Translations under genes and position numbers: made by a program | The notes under the pieces: model-generated | Databases searched by the model: none | Seen by the model: the letters and a program-made list of their open reading frames with translations, nothing else | What the model was told of the DNA's origin: nothing | Shown: one piece after another, positions 1 through 8,161 of the stretch | Layout of the letters: each line of letters begins with the position of its first letter | How positions within the stretch are numbered: the first letter of the stretch is position 1 | Origin: a virus | DNA: 40,789 nucleotides | Virus record (IMG/VR): IMGVR_UViG_3300028831_000215 | Span: 1 to 40,789 of that record | Direction: 5' to 3' (one strand)

Positions 1-141
1 CTCGATCGTGATGTTGACGGCCTTCAACGTCTGGGTCAGCGTGATCGCCAGAGAGGTGATCGACGCAGCCGTGTTGACCGATCCGCCAACGGACCAGGAC
101 TTGAGATCCGAGCCCGCCGCCCAGGTGCCGGGGGAGCCCGC
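1..141. repeat. Terminal direct repeat. It is identical to 40649-40789, the assembly overlap of a circular or terminally redundant genome.
   Basis: Base-by-base comparison of both window ends. The offset of 40648 is confirmed by the capsid reading frame closing across the junction (327 + 585 nt = 304 codons). Confidence 0.95.
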
Positions 142-327
142 CGTCTGCGACACCGCAAGGCCGGGGAGGATGTTGATCTTGAAGACGTTTCCAGGACCCT
201 GCACCTGGTCTGAAACGTCCCAGAAGTATTCGGCCACGCCGCGCGGCTGCTGGGCCGTGTACTCGAAGATGGGCGACCATACGGTCGGGATCGTGGTCGC
301 CTGCGAGGTGCGATCAAGAGTCGCTAT
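1..327 (-). CDS. Major capsid protein, N-terminal part. The gene continues at 40648 downwards across the circular junction.
   Basis: The minus frame is open from the TGA at 334-336. It encodes (ATA)ATLDRTSQATTIPTVWSPIFEYTAQQPRGVAEYFWDVSDQ... in frame with ORF 40064..40675. It lies directly after the scaffold gene. The first canonical start is a GTG at 237. A putative ATA start lies at 327, with AAAAGGA 10 nt upstream. Confidence 0.75.
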   Translation of the reverse strand, partial: MATLDRTSQATTIPTVWSPIFEYTAQQPRGVAEYFWDVSDQVQGPGNVFKINILPGLAVSQTAGSPGTWAAGSDLKSWSVGGSVNTAASITSLAITLTQTLKAVNITIE

Positions 328-365
328 TGCAAGTCAGTCCTTTTACGGTTGGAGGTTGGTGGGTG

Positions 366-1493
366 CTACCGATCTACTGCTTGACGGAAGGTCATCGCGG
401 CCCCGCGCTTCCTAGCGGCTTCCGCTCTAGCCTGCATCGCCGCCTTGGGGTCTGCGATCATGTTCTCTTGGACTCCCGTAGATGCGGGAGCCTTGGTCGG
501 GGGAACGTGGAAGGTCGCTTCGGGGTTCGTGGCCATCGTCGCCGCCACCGAACCCTGTCCGGCCTGGAAACTGTGTCGATAGACTCTCCGGGCTGCGACC
601 GTTTCCAGCGCCTCGGTCCAGGGAATCCGAGGGTTCGCGGAAAGGCCCATCCGGTTCATGTCCTCGATCAACGTGGCCCCGTCGATACCGTCCACGGCGA
701 ATCCGTCCGCCTTCAACTGCTCGACGTACTTGTCGGCCATGTTGCCGAGTTGAGCTTCCTCCTCGCGGGCGCGTGCTTCGATGGCGGCGCGGGTCTGGCT
801 CTGGCGTTCGGTGCGAAGCTCCCCGATGAAGGGATCGACCGCCGCCCGGACTTGCTGGGGAATGGAAAGGAGCGCCGAAAGAACCATCTGCTCCCGCGCC
901 GCAGGGTCTTGCGGGAGGCTCGCGCCCATCGGCGGGACACCGTACCCCTGATTCCCCCACGGCTGCGCTACGGGCGGGAACCCTCCCGGCATGTAGGGCT
1001 GATACGGGTTGGCGTACTGCGGCCCAGCTGGAGCCGTGTAACCTCCCGGAAAGCCCTGTTGCGGGGTTGGGACGCCGTAGCCCGGCGCTCCTGGAAACTG
1101 TGACGGAGGGCCATAGCCTCGCCCCTCGTGGTCGGTCTGCAATTCCTCGAACTGCCGCCGCTGCGCGTCGAATTCCCTGCGCTCCTGCGCCAGCCTCGCC
1201 TCGTCTTCCCGGATTCGGGTGCGGTGGTAGTCCACGTCCCGCCCCTGCTGAGTCCAGGTGATGAGTGCTTCACGGGAAGGAGCGCCCACAGCCTCCCGGA
1301 ACGGATCTAAGGCTGCGGCGGGGATCTGTCGCTGCTCGTTTCTCCAGCGCCAGTTGAAGACTTCCTGAGGGGTAGCGTCTGCCGGAGGCGCACCGTCCTG
1401 GGTAGGTTCGGCTGCCTCGGGGGTTTCCTCGACGGGCGGTTCAGACAACCGCTGTCCGCCTTCGAGGATCGGCCCCTGTCCTTGCATGGCCAT
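366..1493 (-). CDS. Putative scaffolding protein
   Basis: 375-aa ORF lying after the portal gene and two small ORFs and immediately before the capsid gene. It has charged, helical-looking ends (REDEARLAQERREFDAQRRQFEELQ; AIEARAREEEAQL) and a GGAG Shine-Dalgarno (SD) sequence before the ATG. Confidence 0.5.
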   Translation of the reverse strand: MAMQGQGPILEGGQRLSEPPVEETPEAAEPTQDGAPPADATPQEVFNWRWRNEQRQIPAAALDPFREAVGAPSREALITWTQQGRDVDYHRTRIREDEARLAQERREFDAQRRQFEELQTDHEGRGYGPPSQFPGAPGYGVPTPQQGFPGGYTAPAGPQYANPYQPYMPGGFPPVAQPWGNQGYGVPPMGASLPQDPAAREQMVLSALLSIPQQVRAAVDPFIGELRTERQSQTRAAIEARAREEEAQLGNMADKYVEQLKADGFAVDGIDGATLIEDMNRMGLSANPRIPWTEALETVAARRVYRHSFQAGQGSVAATMATNPEATFHVPPTKAPASTGVQENMIADPKAAMQARAEAARKRGAAMTFRQAVDR

Positions 1494-1501
1494 GATTTCT
1501 C

Positions 1502-1756
1502 CTAGTCGTGGTATCCGCTTCGAGTGAACTGCGTGGTAGGAGTCGGCTTGAAGTGGCTCGCCGTTCCGCCCGGTGACAACTTGGCCTTGGTCCCCGGTGA
1601 CGCCCCGTACATGTGGGCCGTCGAAATCACCGTCTGCACAGGAACCTTGGGATTGTGGGAGTCGAGCAAGGGCGGGGTCTTACGCCCGCACCGCTCGGAC
1701 ACGTACTTGCTTTCGTAGGGGAGAGAGGGCGACTTGGAGTCGGGAAGGATCGGCAT
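1502..1756 (-). CDS. Hypothetical P/S/K-rich protein (84 aa)
   Basis: ORF track. The ATG immediately follows the TAG of the upstream ORF, in the same frame. It shares an [IL]PDS[KR] motif with that ORF. Confidence 0.45.
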   Translation of the reverse strand: MPILPDSKSPSLPYESKYVSERCGRKTPPLLDSHNPKVPVQTVISTAHMYGASPGTKAKLSPGGTASHFKPTPTTQFTRSGYHD

Positions 1757-1981
1757 CTAGTAGCCCGCCCCCTTATTCCGGCTGTCCGGGAGGTGCCCCG
1801 TCAACGTGCGAGGAGGGGTCGGATAGTCCGCGCGGTCCCCCATGAACATGGTCGGGTGGGGCTTGTTCTTCGAGTCGGGGATCTTCATGTTCCCCTTCTC
1901 TCCGTGTACCTGCTTCGCTGCCGCCGTTGAGGTCGGCATGACTTGGGCCTTGGTCTTGTTCTGGTTGCCCGGAATCATCAT
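1757..1981 (-). CDS. Hypothetical protein (74 aa)
   Basis: ORF track. AAGGGAAAG lies upstream of ATGATG, directly downstream of the portal gene. Confidence 0.45.
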   Translation of the reverse strand: MMIPGNQNKTKAQVMPTSTAAAKQVHGEKGNMKIPDSKNKPHPTMFMGDRADYPTPPRTLTGHLPDSRNKGAGY

Positions 1982-1997
1982 CGGGAAACTTTCCCTT

Positions 1998-4118
1998 CTA
2001 GTTGGGTGATGGGGAGATAGTCTTCTTCGGTTCCGGCTTCTGTGGGGCCATGACGATGCCCGTGGAAAGATCAGGTGGGGGAAGAGCAGCGTTCTCCAGT
2101 GCCGCCTCCAGTTGGTTCCGCGCCAGGACTCCGCCCGACTTGATGAGCGCCGCCAGAGCGGTGATGAGAGAGGCGGGATCCGAGGGCTGCTGGTTTTGCT
2201 GCGGCTGGTTCCCCTGCTCCTGCTTCATCAAGTTGGCGCGGTCCATCAAGGTCTGCGCCTCCCAGGTCTTCAATCCCATCGTGGGCAAGAGAAGATCCAG
2301 GGCGGGGGGCAAAATCCCCTGCTGCATCAAGGTCTGAATCGCCTGGGTCGTGAGTTCGCTCCGCTGCGCGTCCTCAAGATCGGCTGAGACTGCGATCTTC
2401 ATGTTCCGGGGAAGCGTCCGGTACGCCATCAGCACCATGTCCGGGTCCCCCGCCGAATTCCGCACCGGGAAATAGGACGGCAGAGTCAAATGCTGCCACG
2501 CGAGCTGATGGAGTGCCGTGCCTCGGGCGCTTCGGTACTGAGCAAGGCGTCTCGTATGCCCGTCCACGCGAGTAGTCGCCGCATCTCTTCGGGCCACGAC
2601 TTCTTTCCCGGACGTAGGAGACGTGGGGGCCAGGCCGTAGACCACATCTGTGATGCCGCCCATTTCCTGGAAGTCCCGCCGAATGGTCTCCTCGGCGGTC
2701 ACGAAGGCTTGGATGTTGAATGGCGCTGCGGGGAGGTATCGGGCCAACCCGATCAGGGGGATGGGAAGGCCGATCTTCGCGTTCGGCTGGTTACTCAGGG
2801 CCGCGTAGGTCGGGACCCGGTTCGGATACTCCAGCAGCCCGTTCACGGACGTTCTCAGGTAGTCCATGAGCTGTTGCATGTTCTTGTTGGCGTTGACCTG
2901 CGCGGTACGGAGCATCCCCACTTCCCCGTAGCCCGCGAACCGGCGGTTCACTCTCCGGTGGTGGTACTCGAACACCGGGAACACGCAGTCAATCTTGTCC
3001 GGGTTCGATCCCTCCCAGAGCATCCCGTCCTCGCAATGGACCTTCAAGATGCCGTAGGGGTACTTGAACTTCTTTCCCGTCAGGGTCCGGTCCACGGTGG
3101 CGGGAATCCGTACCGGGGCTAGCGCCTCAGAGCCGCACGTAGGGCACTGAGGTGTCGCAGGAATGGATTCCTCCATCCCGACCTCGGTATCGGGCGGCTC
3201 CAGGTGCGGAGCGTCAAAGATGTCCCCGCAGGAGGCGCAGGAGTACCCGTCCCTTTCCCCCGAGACCAGCCGTTCGGTGATCTCGTTCTCGATCTCCTCG
3301 TTACGGACCCAGGTGAAGCAGATGTCCGCACCCAGCTCGCAAAGCTGGCCCTTGGCGTTGTACTGGAAGGTGTATCCGCCCCCGGCCAGAATCTCCTGAT
3401 CGGTTCGGCTCCGGTAGTCTTTGCGATTGTCCGGGGAGGTGATGGGGACCGAGCGGAACTTGATCTTCATCCAGGCCGGGACCCCGGTTTGGGGGTCCAC
3501 CTGGTTAAAGATTTCCCGGCACTTGGCAGCCGTCAGCCATTTCTCGACATGGAGAATGTCCAAGTCCGCGATACGGGAACCCTCGTCGGGGTTCCAATAC
3601 ACACGAGAAGGGTCCAGGGCTTCCAAGGCGAAAGACGGCATCCCGGACCGGGGGTCTTTCTTGACCAGGATCTGGGTATAGCCTTTGCCTGTGGCCATGC
3701 CGTCCCAGACGCAATCTTCGTCGAACTCCTCGGCCCTCACCCTGCGGTGAAGATCCTCGATGGCTTCCTGGACCTTCCACCGCTGGGTGAAGTCCACGGG
3801 AGCGCCGTAGGGGATGGCCGTGTACTTGGGCTTGGGACCGAGGATCATCTGCGCCTTCTGGTCGCAGGTGGCGTAGAGCCAGTTACGGACTCCCTGGTTT
3901 CGGCCCTTGATCCTCTGTGCGGCCTGGGTGTTCTTGGGGACGGGGTTGTGGTTTTCTCCGAGGAGGAATTTCCAGTCTCGCTCGAAGTTCTGGCGGAACT
4001 CGGCGGTCTTGGTCTTCGCCTGCTTGTAGAGGGCGCGTACCGCTTTCCAGGAATCCGACTCCCGATCCTCGTCTGCGGCGGAAGATGCGAGGCGATGCTG
4101 GTCCGCCATTCCTTCCAA
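1998..4118 (-). CDS. Portal protein
   Basis: 706-aa ORF immediately downstream of the large terminase. Size and synteny fit TerL-portal-scaffold-capsid. There is an alternative ATG at 4109. Confidence 0.7.
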   Translation of the reverse strand: MEGMADQHRLASSAADEDRESDSWKAVRALYKQAKTKTAEFRQNFERDWKFLLGENHNPVPKNTQAAQRIKGRNQGVRNWLYATCDQKAQMILGPKPKYTAIPYGAPVDFTQRWKVQEAIEDLHRRVRAEEFDEDCVWDGMATGKGYTQILVKKDPRSGMPSFALEALDPSRVYWNPDEGSRIADLDILHVEKWLTAAKCREIFNQVDPQTGVPAWMKIKFRSVPITSPDNRKDYRSRTDQEILAGGGYTFQYNAKGQLCELGADICFTWVRNEEIENEITERLVSGERDGYSCASCGDIFDAPHLEPPDTEVGMEESIPATPQCPTCGSEALAPVRIPATVDRTLTGKKFKYPYGILKVHCEDGMLWEGSNPDKIDCVFPVFEYHHRRVNRRFAGYGEVGMLRTAQVNANKNMQQLMDYLRTSVNGLLEYPNRVPTYAALSNQPNAKIGLPIPLIGLARYLPAAPFNIQAFVTAEETIRRDFQEMGGITDVVYGLAPTSPTSGKEVVARRDAATTRVDGHTRRLAQYRSARGTALHQLAWQHLTLPSYFPVRNSAGDPDMVLMAYRTLPRNMKIAVSADLEDAQRSELTTQAIQTLMQQGILPPALDLLLPTMGLKTWEAQTLMDRANLMKQEQGNQPQQNQQPSDPASLITALAALIKSGGVLARNQLEAALENAALPPPDLSTGIVMAPQKPEPKKTISPSPN

Positions 4119-4135
4119 GATGACCGTAGGATCGG

Positions 4136-5623
4136 TCAGACGTATTCCTCCCCTGAGTAAGCTACTTCCTGCCTGTTATCGGTAAGCCCCAAGAGCGCCC
4201 CGTCGTCGATCATCCCCGGCATCACGTCCCCTTCGTACAACTCGCACTCCATGGGGGGATTCAGAATCGGCGGGTCCTGGATGAAGGCGGCCAAGGCCAT
4301 TCCTGCGGCAAAGGCTTCGTCATCGAAACAGCCGTGCGCGGCCTCGACTCGCGTCTTCCCGCTATCGGGATTTCGCTTCTCCACGATGGACGCAAGTTCC
4401 AGCACGCACGTATTGGTGTAGACCTCCCAGCCCTCACGCAAAGCAACCTCGTGGGCGGAAAGGATCATCCCTCGGGTCGATTCGTTCGTGTGCCAGCCGA
4501 CGCCACCTTTCCACTCCATCTTCGCCTTGTCGTAACGAAGGTCGGTGAAGAGGTTGTCGTAGTGGTCACGAAGGGCCTGCATGAAGGCTCCGCCGTAGTC
4601 ACCGTTACGTTCCGGGACTCCCAGGGCGTAGTTGTAGTAGACCAGAATCGGATAGGCGATCTCCCGAGCGAACCGCTCCGGGTCGATACGGTCGCTCTTG
4701 TACCGGAGCACGATCCGGGGCTTCATGCTTCCCGCTACGATCTCGCCCTTGTCGTTTCGGGCCTTGAGCCCCATGGCGATGACATAGGCGACGGAGCGGT
4801 CTTTCCGGTTTCCGCCGGAGACATCGAACCCCGCGACGTAGCGTTCCCCTGGCATGCGCTCCTCGAACAAGAGCCATTCCCCGTAGGCCCCTCGTTCGAG
4901 TCTCGTCTGTTTCAGGTCGTTGATCGTGATGCGGGCGTGCTCGCCCTTCGTGACCTTCTTCTGGGCGACTTCGATCTGCTCGGCGTCGTAGTAGATGTTC
5001 GACCCTACGAGCGAGTACTTGCCGAAGAACCGCGCCTTCCGTTCGTGGGGCTTGTAACCGTGGTACTGACGCATGATCTCCTCGTGCGTCAGGTGCCCGC
5101 CCTTCTCGATATCGCAGTCGAAAAGGGAGAACTCGAAGAAGTCCACGATCTTCTCGCCCTTCCCGCCCCGGAGGTAGTCTTCCGAGGTCTCGTCGAAAAG
5201 GCGCGAATGGCTCCACGTCGCCCCCTGGTCGGGGGTGAAGGTCATGATGATGTCCAAGGGCCTCCCCGGACCGAACCGGGAATAGCACTCGTTGAAGATC
5301 TCCCCGCCTCGGGGATTCGGTTCCTCGTCCAAGTGGATCAGGTCGCACTCGGCTCCCTTGAACCGCTCAGGCCCGGCCTCGCAGCTCATCAAGTGGAGTT
5401 CTGAGTTCCCCCACTTTTTGGACATCTTGAAGATGCCGTCCGAAAGGTATTCCTTCCAATCCCGCCCTTCGTCCCCCGGCAAGTGCTCCCGGATTCTCTG
5501 CCGGAGGATTCTCCCTAGGCGCTTGTTGTCCAAGGCCACGGCCCAGACAAGGGTCGGTAGCTTGAAGGTGCGCCAGGGGCGGTAGAGGTCCTTCCCCAAG
5601 AGGGTGGCGACATCGCACACCAC
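4136..5623 (-). CDS. terL: Terminase large subunit. The true 5' end lies upstream, and the frame is open to 5827.
   Basis: Walker B DLIHLDEEP. RNase-H-like nuclease half (VAGFDVSGG...). The Walker A motif SGPNRGGKT at 5633-5656 is in frame but upstream of the first GTG at 5623. Confidence 0.9.
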   Translation of the reverse strand: MVCDVATLLGKDLYRPWRTFKLPTLVWAVALDNKRLGRILRQRIREHLPGDEGRDWKEYLSDGIFKMSKKWGNSELHLMSCEAGPERFKGAECDLIHLDEEPNPRGGEIFNECYSRFGPGRPLDIIMTFTPDQGATWSHSRLFDETSEDYLRGGKGEKIVDFFEFSLFDCDIEKGGHLTHEEIMRQYHGYKPHERKARFFGKYSLVGSNIYYDAEQIEVAQKKVTKGEHARITINDLKQTRLERGAYGEWLLFEERMPGERYVAGFDVSGGNRKDRSVAYVIAMGLKARNDKGEIVAGSMKPRIVLRYKSDRIDPERFAREIAYPILVYYNYALGVPERNGDYGGAFMQALRDHYDNLFTDLRYDKAKMEWKGGVGWHTNESTRGMILSAHEVALREGWEVYTNTCVLELASIVEKRNPDSGKTRVEAAHGCFDDEAFAAGMALAAFIQDPPILNPPMECELYEGDVMPGMIDDGALLGLTDNRQEVAYSGEEYV

Positions 5624-5817
5624 CCCGGCCAGGGTCTTCCCGCCTCGGTTGGGGCCGGAGAGAACCCGGACGGGGGCTTTGGATACATGGAAGGCCCGGA
5701 CGGCCTTGTTGGGGCGATAACGTAGGTGGGGCTGCTGCTTACAAAGCGCCTGCCATTGCTCGGTGAGCCGGACTAATTCTTGGCGCTTCTTGGGGCTTAA
5801 GCTTTCGAGGGAGCGGG

Positions 5818-6333
5818 CTACGCCACATCATCCTCTTCCATGATCTCCTTGATGGCGGTACGCACTTGCTCGGCGTCCGGGGGCGCGTGTACTTCGGCCA
5901 TCGGAGAGACCTGGGTGTTGTTGATGGTCGTGCCCTGGGAGCGGATGAATTTGCCCACGGTAGCGACGAAGTTCGCGGCCTTGGTGTCCGCTTCGTTCGT
6001 GGCGAGTTCCATCTGGGCAAAGAGGATGTTGGGCATGGCGTAGACCGCCGCCGCGTAGAGGAGTTCGGCGGTGCGCTTGACCATGAAGGGGTGCCGCTTC
6101 CACTTCTCGACGGACCCTACTCGGCATCCAATTGAAAGGGCCAGCTCCTTGACTTCCTTGGGGCCGGACCATTGGGATCGGATGTGGTCGGGGGCGGCGA
6201 AGAAGACGGCAAGCCGGTCGAGGCGGTCTGCGGTGAGCCTTTCGCGGGCCTGCCCCGCTTCGGCTTCTCCTTCGGGGAGGGAGATAACGTCAACGTCTTC
6301 TACCCCCTTCCAATACTCAGTCGCGGATTGCAC
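5818..6333 (-). CDS. Putative terminase small subunit
   Basis: 171-aa ORF directly upstream of terL. It has an HTH-like segment, KELALSIGCRVGSVEKWKRHP. Confidence 0.55.
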   Translation of the reverse strand: MQSATEYWKGVEDVDVISLPEGEAEAGQARERLTADRLDRLAVFFAAPDHIRSQWSGPKEVKELALSIGCRVGSVEKWKRHPFMVKRTAELLYAAAVYAMPNILFAQMELATNEADTKAANFVATVGKFIRSQGTTINNTQVSPMAEVHAPPDAEQVRTAIKEIMEEDDVA

Positions 6334-6350
6334 GAGGGATCATCTTCTTT

Positions 6351-6551
6351 CTAGGCGTGGATGAGTTTCCGAGACAGGAGCCACTTGACGATCCCGCCCA
6401 GGAAGAACATGGAAGCCAAGCGAAGGGTTCTCGCCATGGCCTCCGTAGGCTCGGGGGTCGGGTCCAGGTTCATGCGGCGGGCGGACTCCCTCACGGAAAG
6501 GAAGTTCTCCCGGCGAATTCTCCGGCGCATCGTTCTCTGCATCTGTCCCAT
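6351..6551 (-). CDS. Small basic protein with a C-terminal hydrophobic helix (66 aa)
   Basis: ATG at 6551, 2 nt after the upstream stop. The C-terminus LASMFFLGGIVKWLL looks transmembrane. Confidence 0.45.
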   Translation of the reverse strand: MGQMQRTMRRRIRRENFLSVRESARRMNLDPTPEPTEAMARTLRLASMFFLGGIVKWLLSRKLIHA

Positions 6552-6553
6552 GC

Positions 6554-6778
6554 TCAGTACTCCGTCACGGTGCGGTCGGGGTCGTGCTTCCAGAAGTTCC
6601 ACCACTGCATCTTGGGACAGAAGGCGTCACACCGCTTCAAGAGCCCGTCCCGCCGAATGGCTTTGATGGCGAGCCTCGATCCGCACTTGCAGCGCACGTT
6701 GATACACGCGGCCCTCAGCATGTCCCGGTTCTGCCGCCACACCCGGGCCTGCTCGATGGACAAAAGCACCCGTGTCAT
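6554..6778 (-). CDS. Small Cys-rich protein (74 aa)
   Basis: ATGA overlap with the upstream gene at 6775-6778. Sequence CINVRCKCGS...CDAFC. Confidence 0.5.
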   Translation of the reverse strand: MTRVLLSIEQARVWRQNRDMLRAACINVRCKCGSRLAIKAIRRDGLLKRCDAFCPKMQWWNFWKHDPDRTVTEY

Positions 6779-7023
6779 ACGTAACGGTCCCTCACCCGCG
6801 CAATCACGATCTTGATCAACGCGGCCTGGGTCATTGCGTCCCATGTCGGGAAGATCCTCCGGGCGTACTCACACAACTCACAGAGGCGGAAACAGAACAT
6901 GAAGGGGTGCCCGTCGATCTTGTAGGCCCGTTCCACGATGTTCTTTGCCTTGGTGATGAGGCCGCCTTTGGAATCCCGGCAGTAGGCGCAGGATTCGTCG
7001 TTCTCTTGGCCGAAGTCGTGCAT
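6775..7023 (-). CDS. Small Cys-rich protein (82 aa)
   Basis: ORF track. Contains CAYC...CFRLCELC. Its start shares 1 nt with the upstream stop (TGATG). Confidence 0.5.
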   Translation of the reverse strand: MHDFGQENDESCAYCRDSKGGLITKAKNIVERAYKIDGHPFMFCFRLCELCEYARRIFPTWDAMTQAALIKIVIARVRDRYV

Positions 7024-7460
7024 CAGATCCCCAGCACGTCCTCGACATCCTCCCCGGAGGCGATGCGGTGCTGCTCCTCCTCGGTCAGTTCCCGGTTCCC
7101 GACCGTGTTCCGCCCGTTAGAACGCGCCTTGTCTCGGAGTCCCTTGGGAGAGGGCAATTCCTTCCCGATTTCCTGGTTCGCCAGCATTTCGTGAATCCAC
7201 ATCGTGTACTGGCGGGTCGCCCGGACTTCGACCAGGACCCCCTCGATCAGTCTCCGAAGGTGGCGGTCCACCAAGCGGGAGACCATCCCTTCGATCTGGG
7301 CCTCCATGTCCGGTGGAGGGGCCTCTGGAACGGAAAGGCCACGGAGGGCACGGGGCTTGAAGGCAGGAAGGCGGGGCGGGGGCGGCCCGGCGTCCGGTCT
7401 CAGCGTGGGGCTACGCCGCTTCCGGTTCACCTTGGCCGCCCCGTGGGTCTTCTTCGGCAT
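7023..7460 (-). CDS. Hypothetical protein (145 aa), basic and Pro-rich N-terminus
   Basis: ORF track, tightly packed in the late operon. Confidence 0.5.
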   Translation of the reverse strand: MPKKTHGAAKVNRKRRSPTLRPDAGPPPPRLPAFKPRALRGLSVPEAPPPDMEAQIEGMVSRLVDRHLRRLIEGVLVEVRATRQYTMWIHEMLANQEIGKELPSPKGLRDKARSNGRNTVGNRELTEEEQHRIASGEDVEDVLGI

Positions 7461-7465
7461 CTACC

Positions 7466-7789
7466 CTACTCGTCCACCGGCGTGCCAGCCGTGAAGTTCA
7501 CAGCGCCCGGAGCGGAGTTCGTGACGACGACCGAGATCGAGTCCGTAACGTCCGCAGCGCCCGGCATGGAGACCGTGGCCGTGATCGTCGCGGTGCCGAC
7601 CTTGCCGCTCGTGACCGTTCCGTTCATTCCATCGGCATCGACAACGAAGTCGGCGACCGCCGCATCGCTCGAAGCGAAGGCGGCGACCACGCCGTCAGGA
7701 AGGGTGGCGAAGGGCTGGCCGTCCGCGTCCAGGATGGAGACTCCGGCGGCACACTTCTGCTTGTCGTTCATGGTCAGGGTTCCCGGCAT
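7466..7789 (-). CDS. Bacterial Ig-like (Big_2-type) domain protein
   Basis: The pattern VSILDADGQP...GTVTSGKVGTATITATV...ISVVVTN is typical of group-2 Ig-like domains. GGAGG lies 8 nt before the ATG at 7789. Confidence 0.6.
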   Translation of the reverse strand: MPGTLTMNDKQKCAAGVSILDADGQPFATLPDGVVAAFASSDAAVADFVVDADGMNGTVTSGKVGTATITATVSMPGAADVTDSISVVVTNSAPGAVNFTAGTPVDE

Positions 7790-7792
7790 TGT

Positions 7793-7948
7793 TCATTCCT
7801 CCGTTGGTTTTCCGACATGCCACAAGACCCTGCGTACTTCGCGGGGCCGCTTCAAAACAGCGATGAGTTGATCGAGCCGGTCCACAATGTCCTGCATCCG
7901 GTCCGCGATCTCCCAGAGGGCCGCGAGCAGTTCCCGGACCCACCTCAC
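7793..7948 (-). CDS. Small helical protein (51 aa), below the ORF-track size cut-off
   Basis: My translation: (GTG)RWVRELLAALWEIADRMQDIVDRLDQLIAVLKRPREVRRVLWHVGKPTEE. GTGA overlap with the upstream stop. It fills an otherwise empty 155-nt gap. Confidence 0.45.
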   Translation of the reverse strand: MRWVRELLAALWEIADRMQDIVDRLDQLIAVLKRPREVRRVLWHVGKPTEE

Positions 7949-8160
7949 TTGGAGTTCACCCGCATCCAGACCGCCATGGCCTCAAGCTGGTCTGCGGTGT
8001 AGGAGCCGTCCACGACAGCCGCATGGCCCGGACTCCAGCAGGCGAAGGTCCCGTCAACATCGGCTTGGTACATCGCGCCCGCCTCCTCTTTCCCGTCCAC
8101 GTTCTGGTCCAGGTGCATCCCGAGTGACAGAAGCACCTCGCGGGCTTCCTCGAATTTCAC
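7945..8160 (-). CDS. Hypothetical protein (71 aa)
   Basis: ORF track. The GTG lies 1 nt after the upstream TAG. Confidence 0.5.
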   Translation of the reverse strand: MKFEEAREVLLSLGMHLDQNVDGKEEAGAMYQADVDGTFACWSPGHAAVVDGSYTADQLEAMAVWMRVNSK

Positions 8161-8161
8161 G

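Noticed and set aside
3204-4160. Long plus-strand ORFs opposite the late genes (for example 3204..4160, 4334..5404, 24520..25206, 25732..26730, 28541..29554, 30739..31572, 37374..38126) and long minus-strand ORFs opposite the early genes (13462..14415, 18370..19209, 15433..15978)
   Set aside because: Their translations are Arg/Gly/Pro/Ala-rich with no motifs. They lie antisense or out of frame to ORFs with clear protein-like sequence and coupled starts. These are the shadow ORFs expected in GC-rich DNA.
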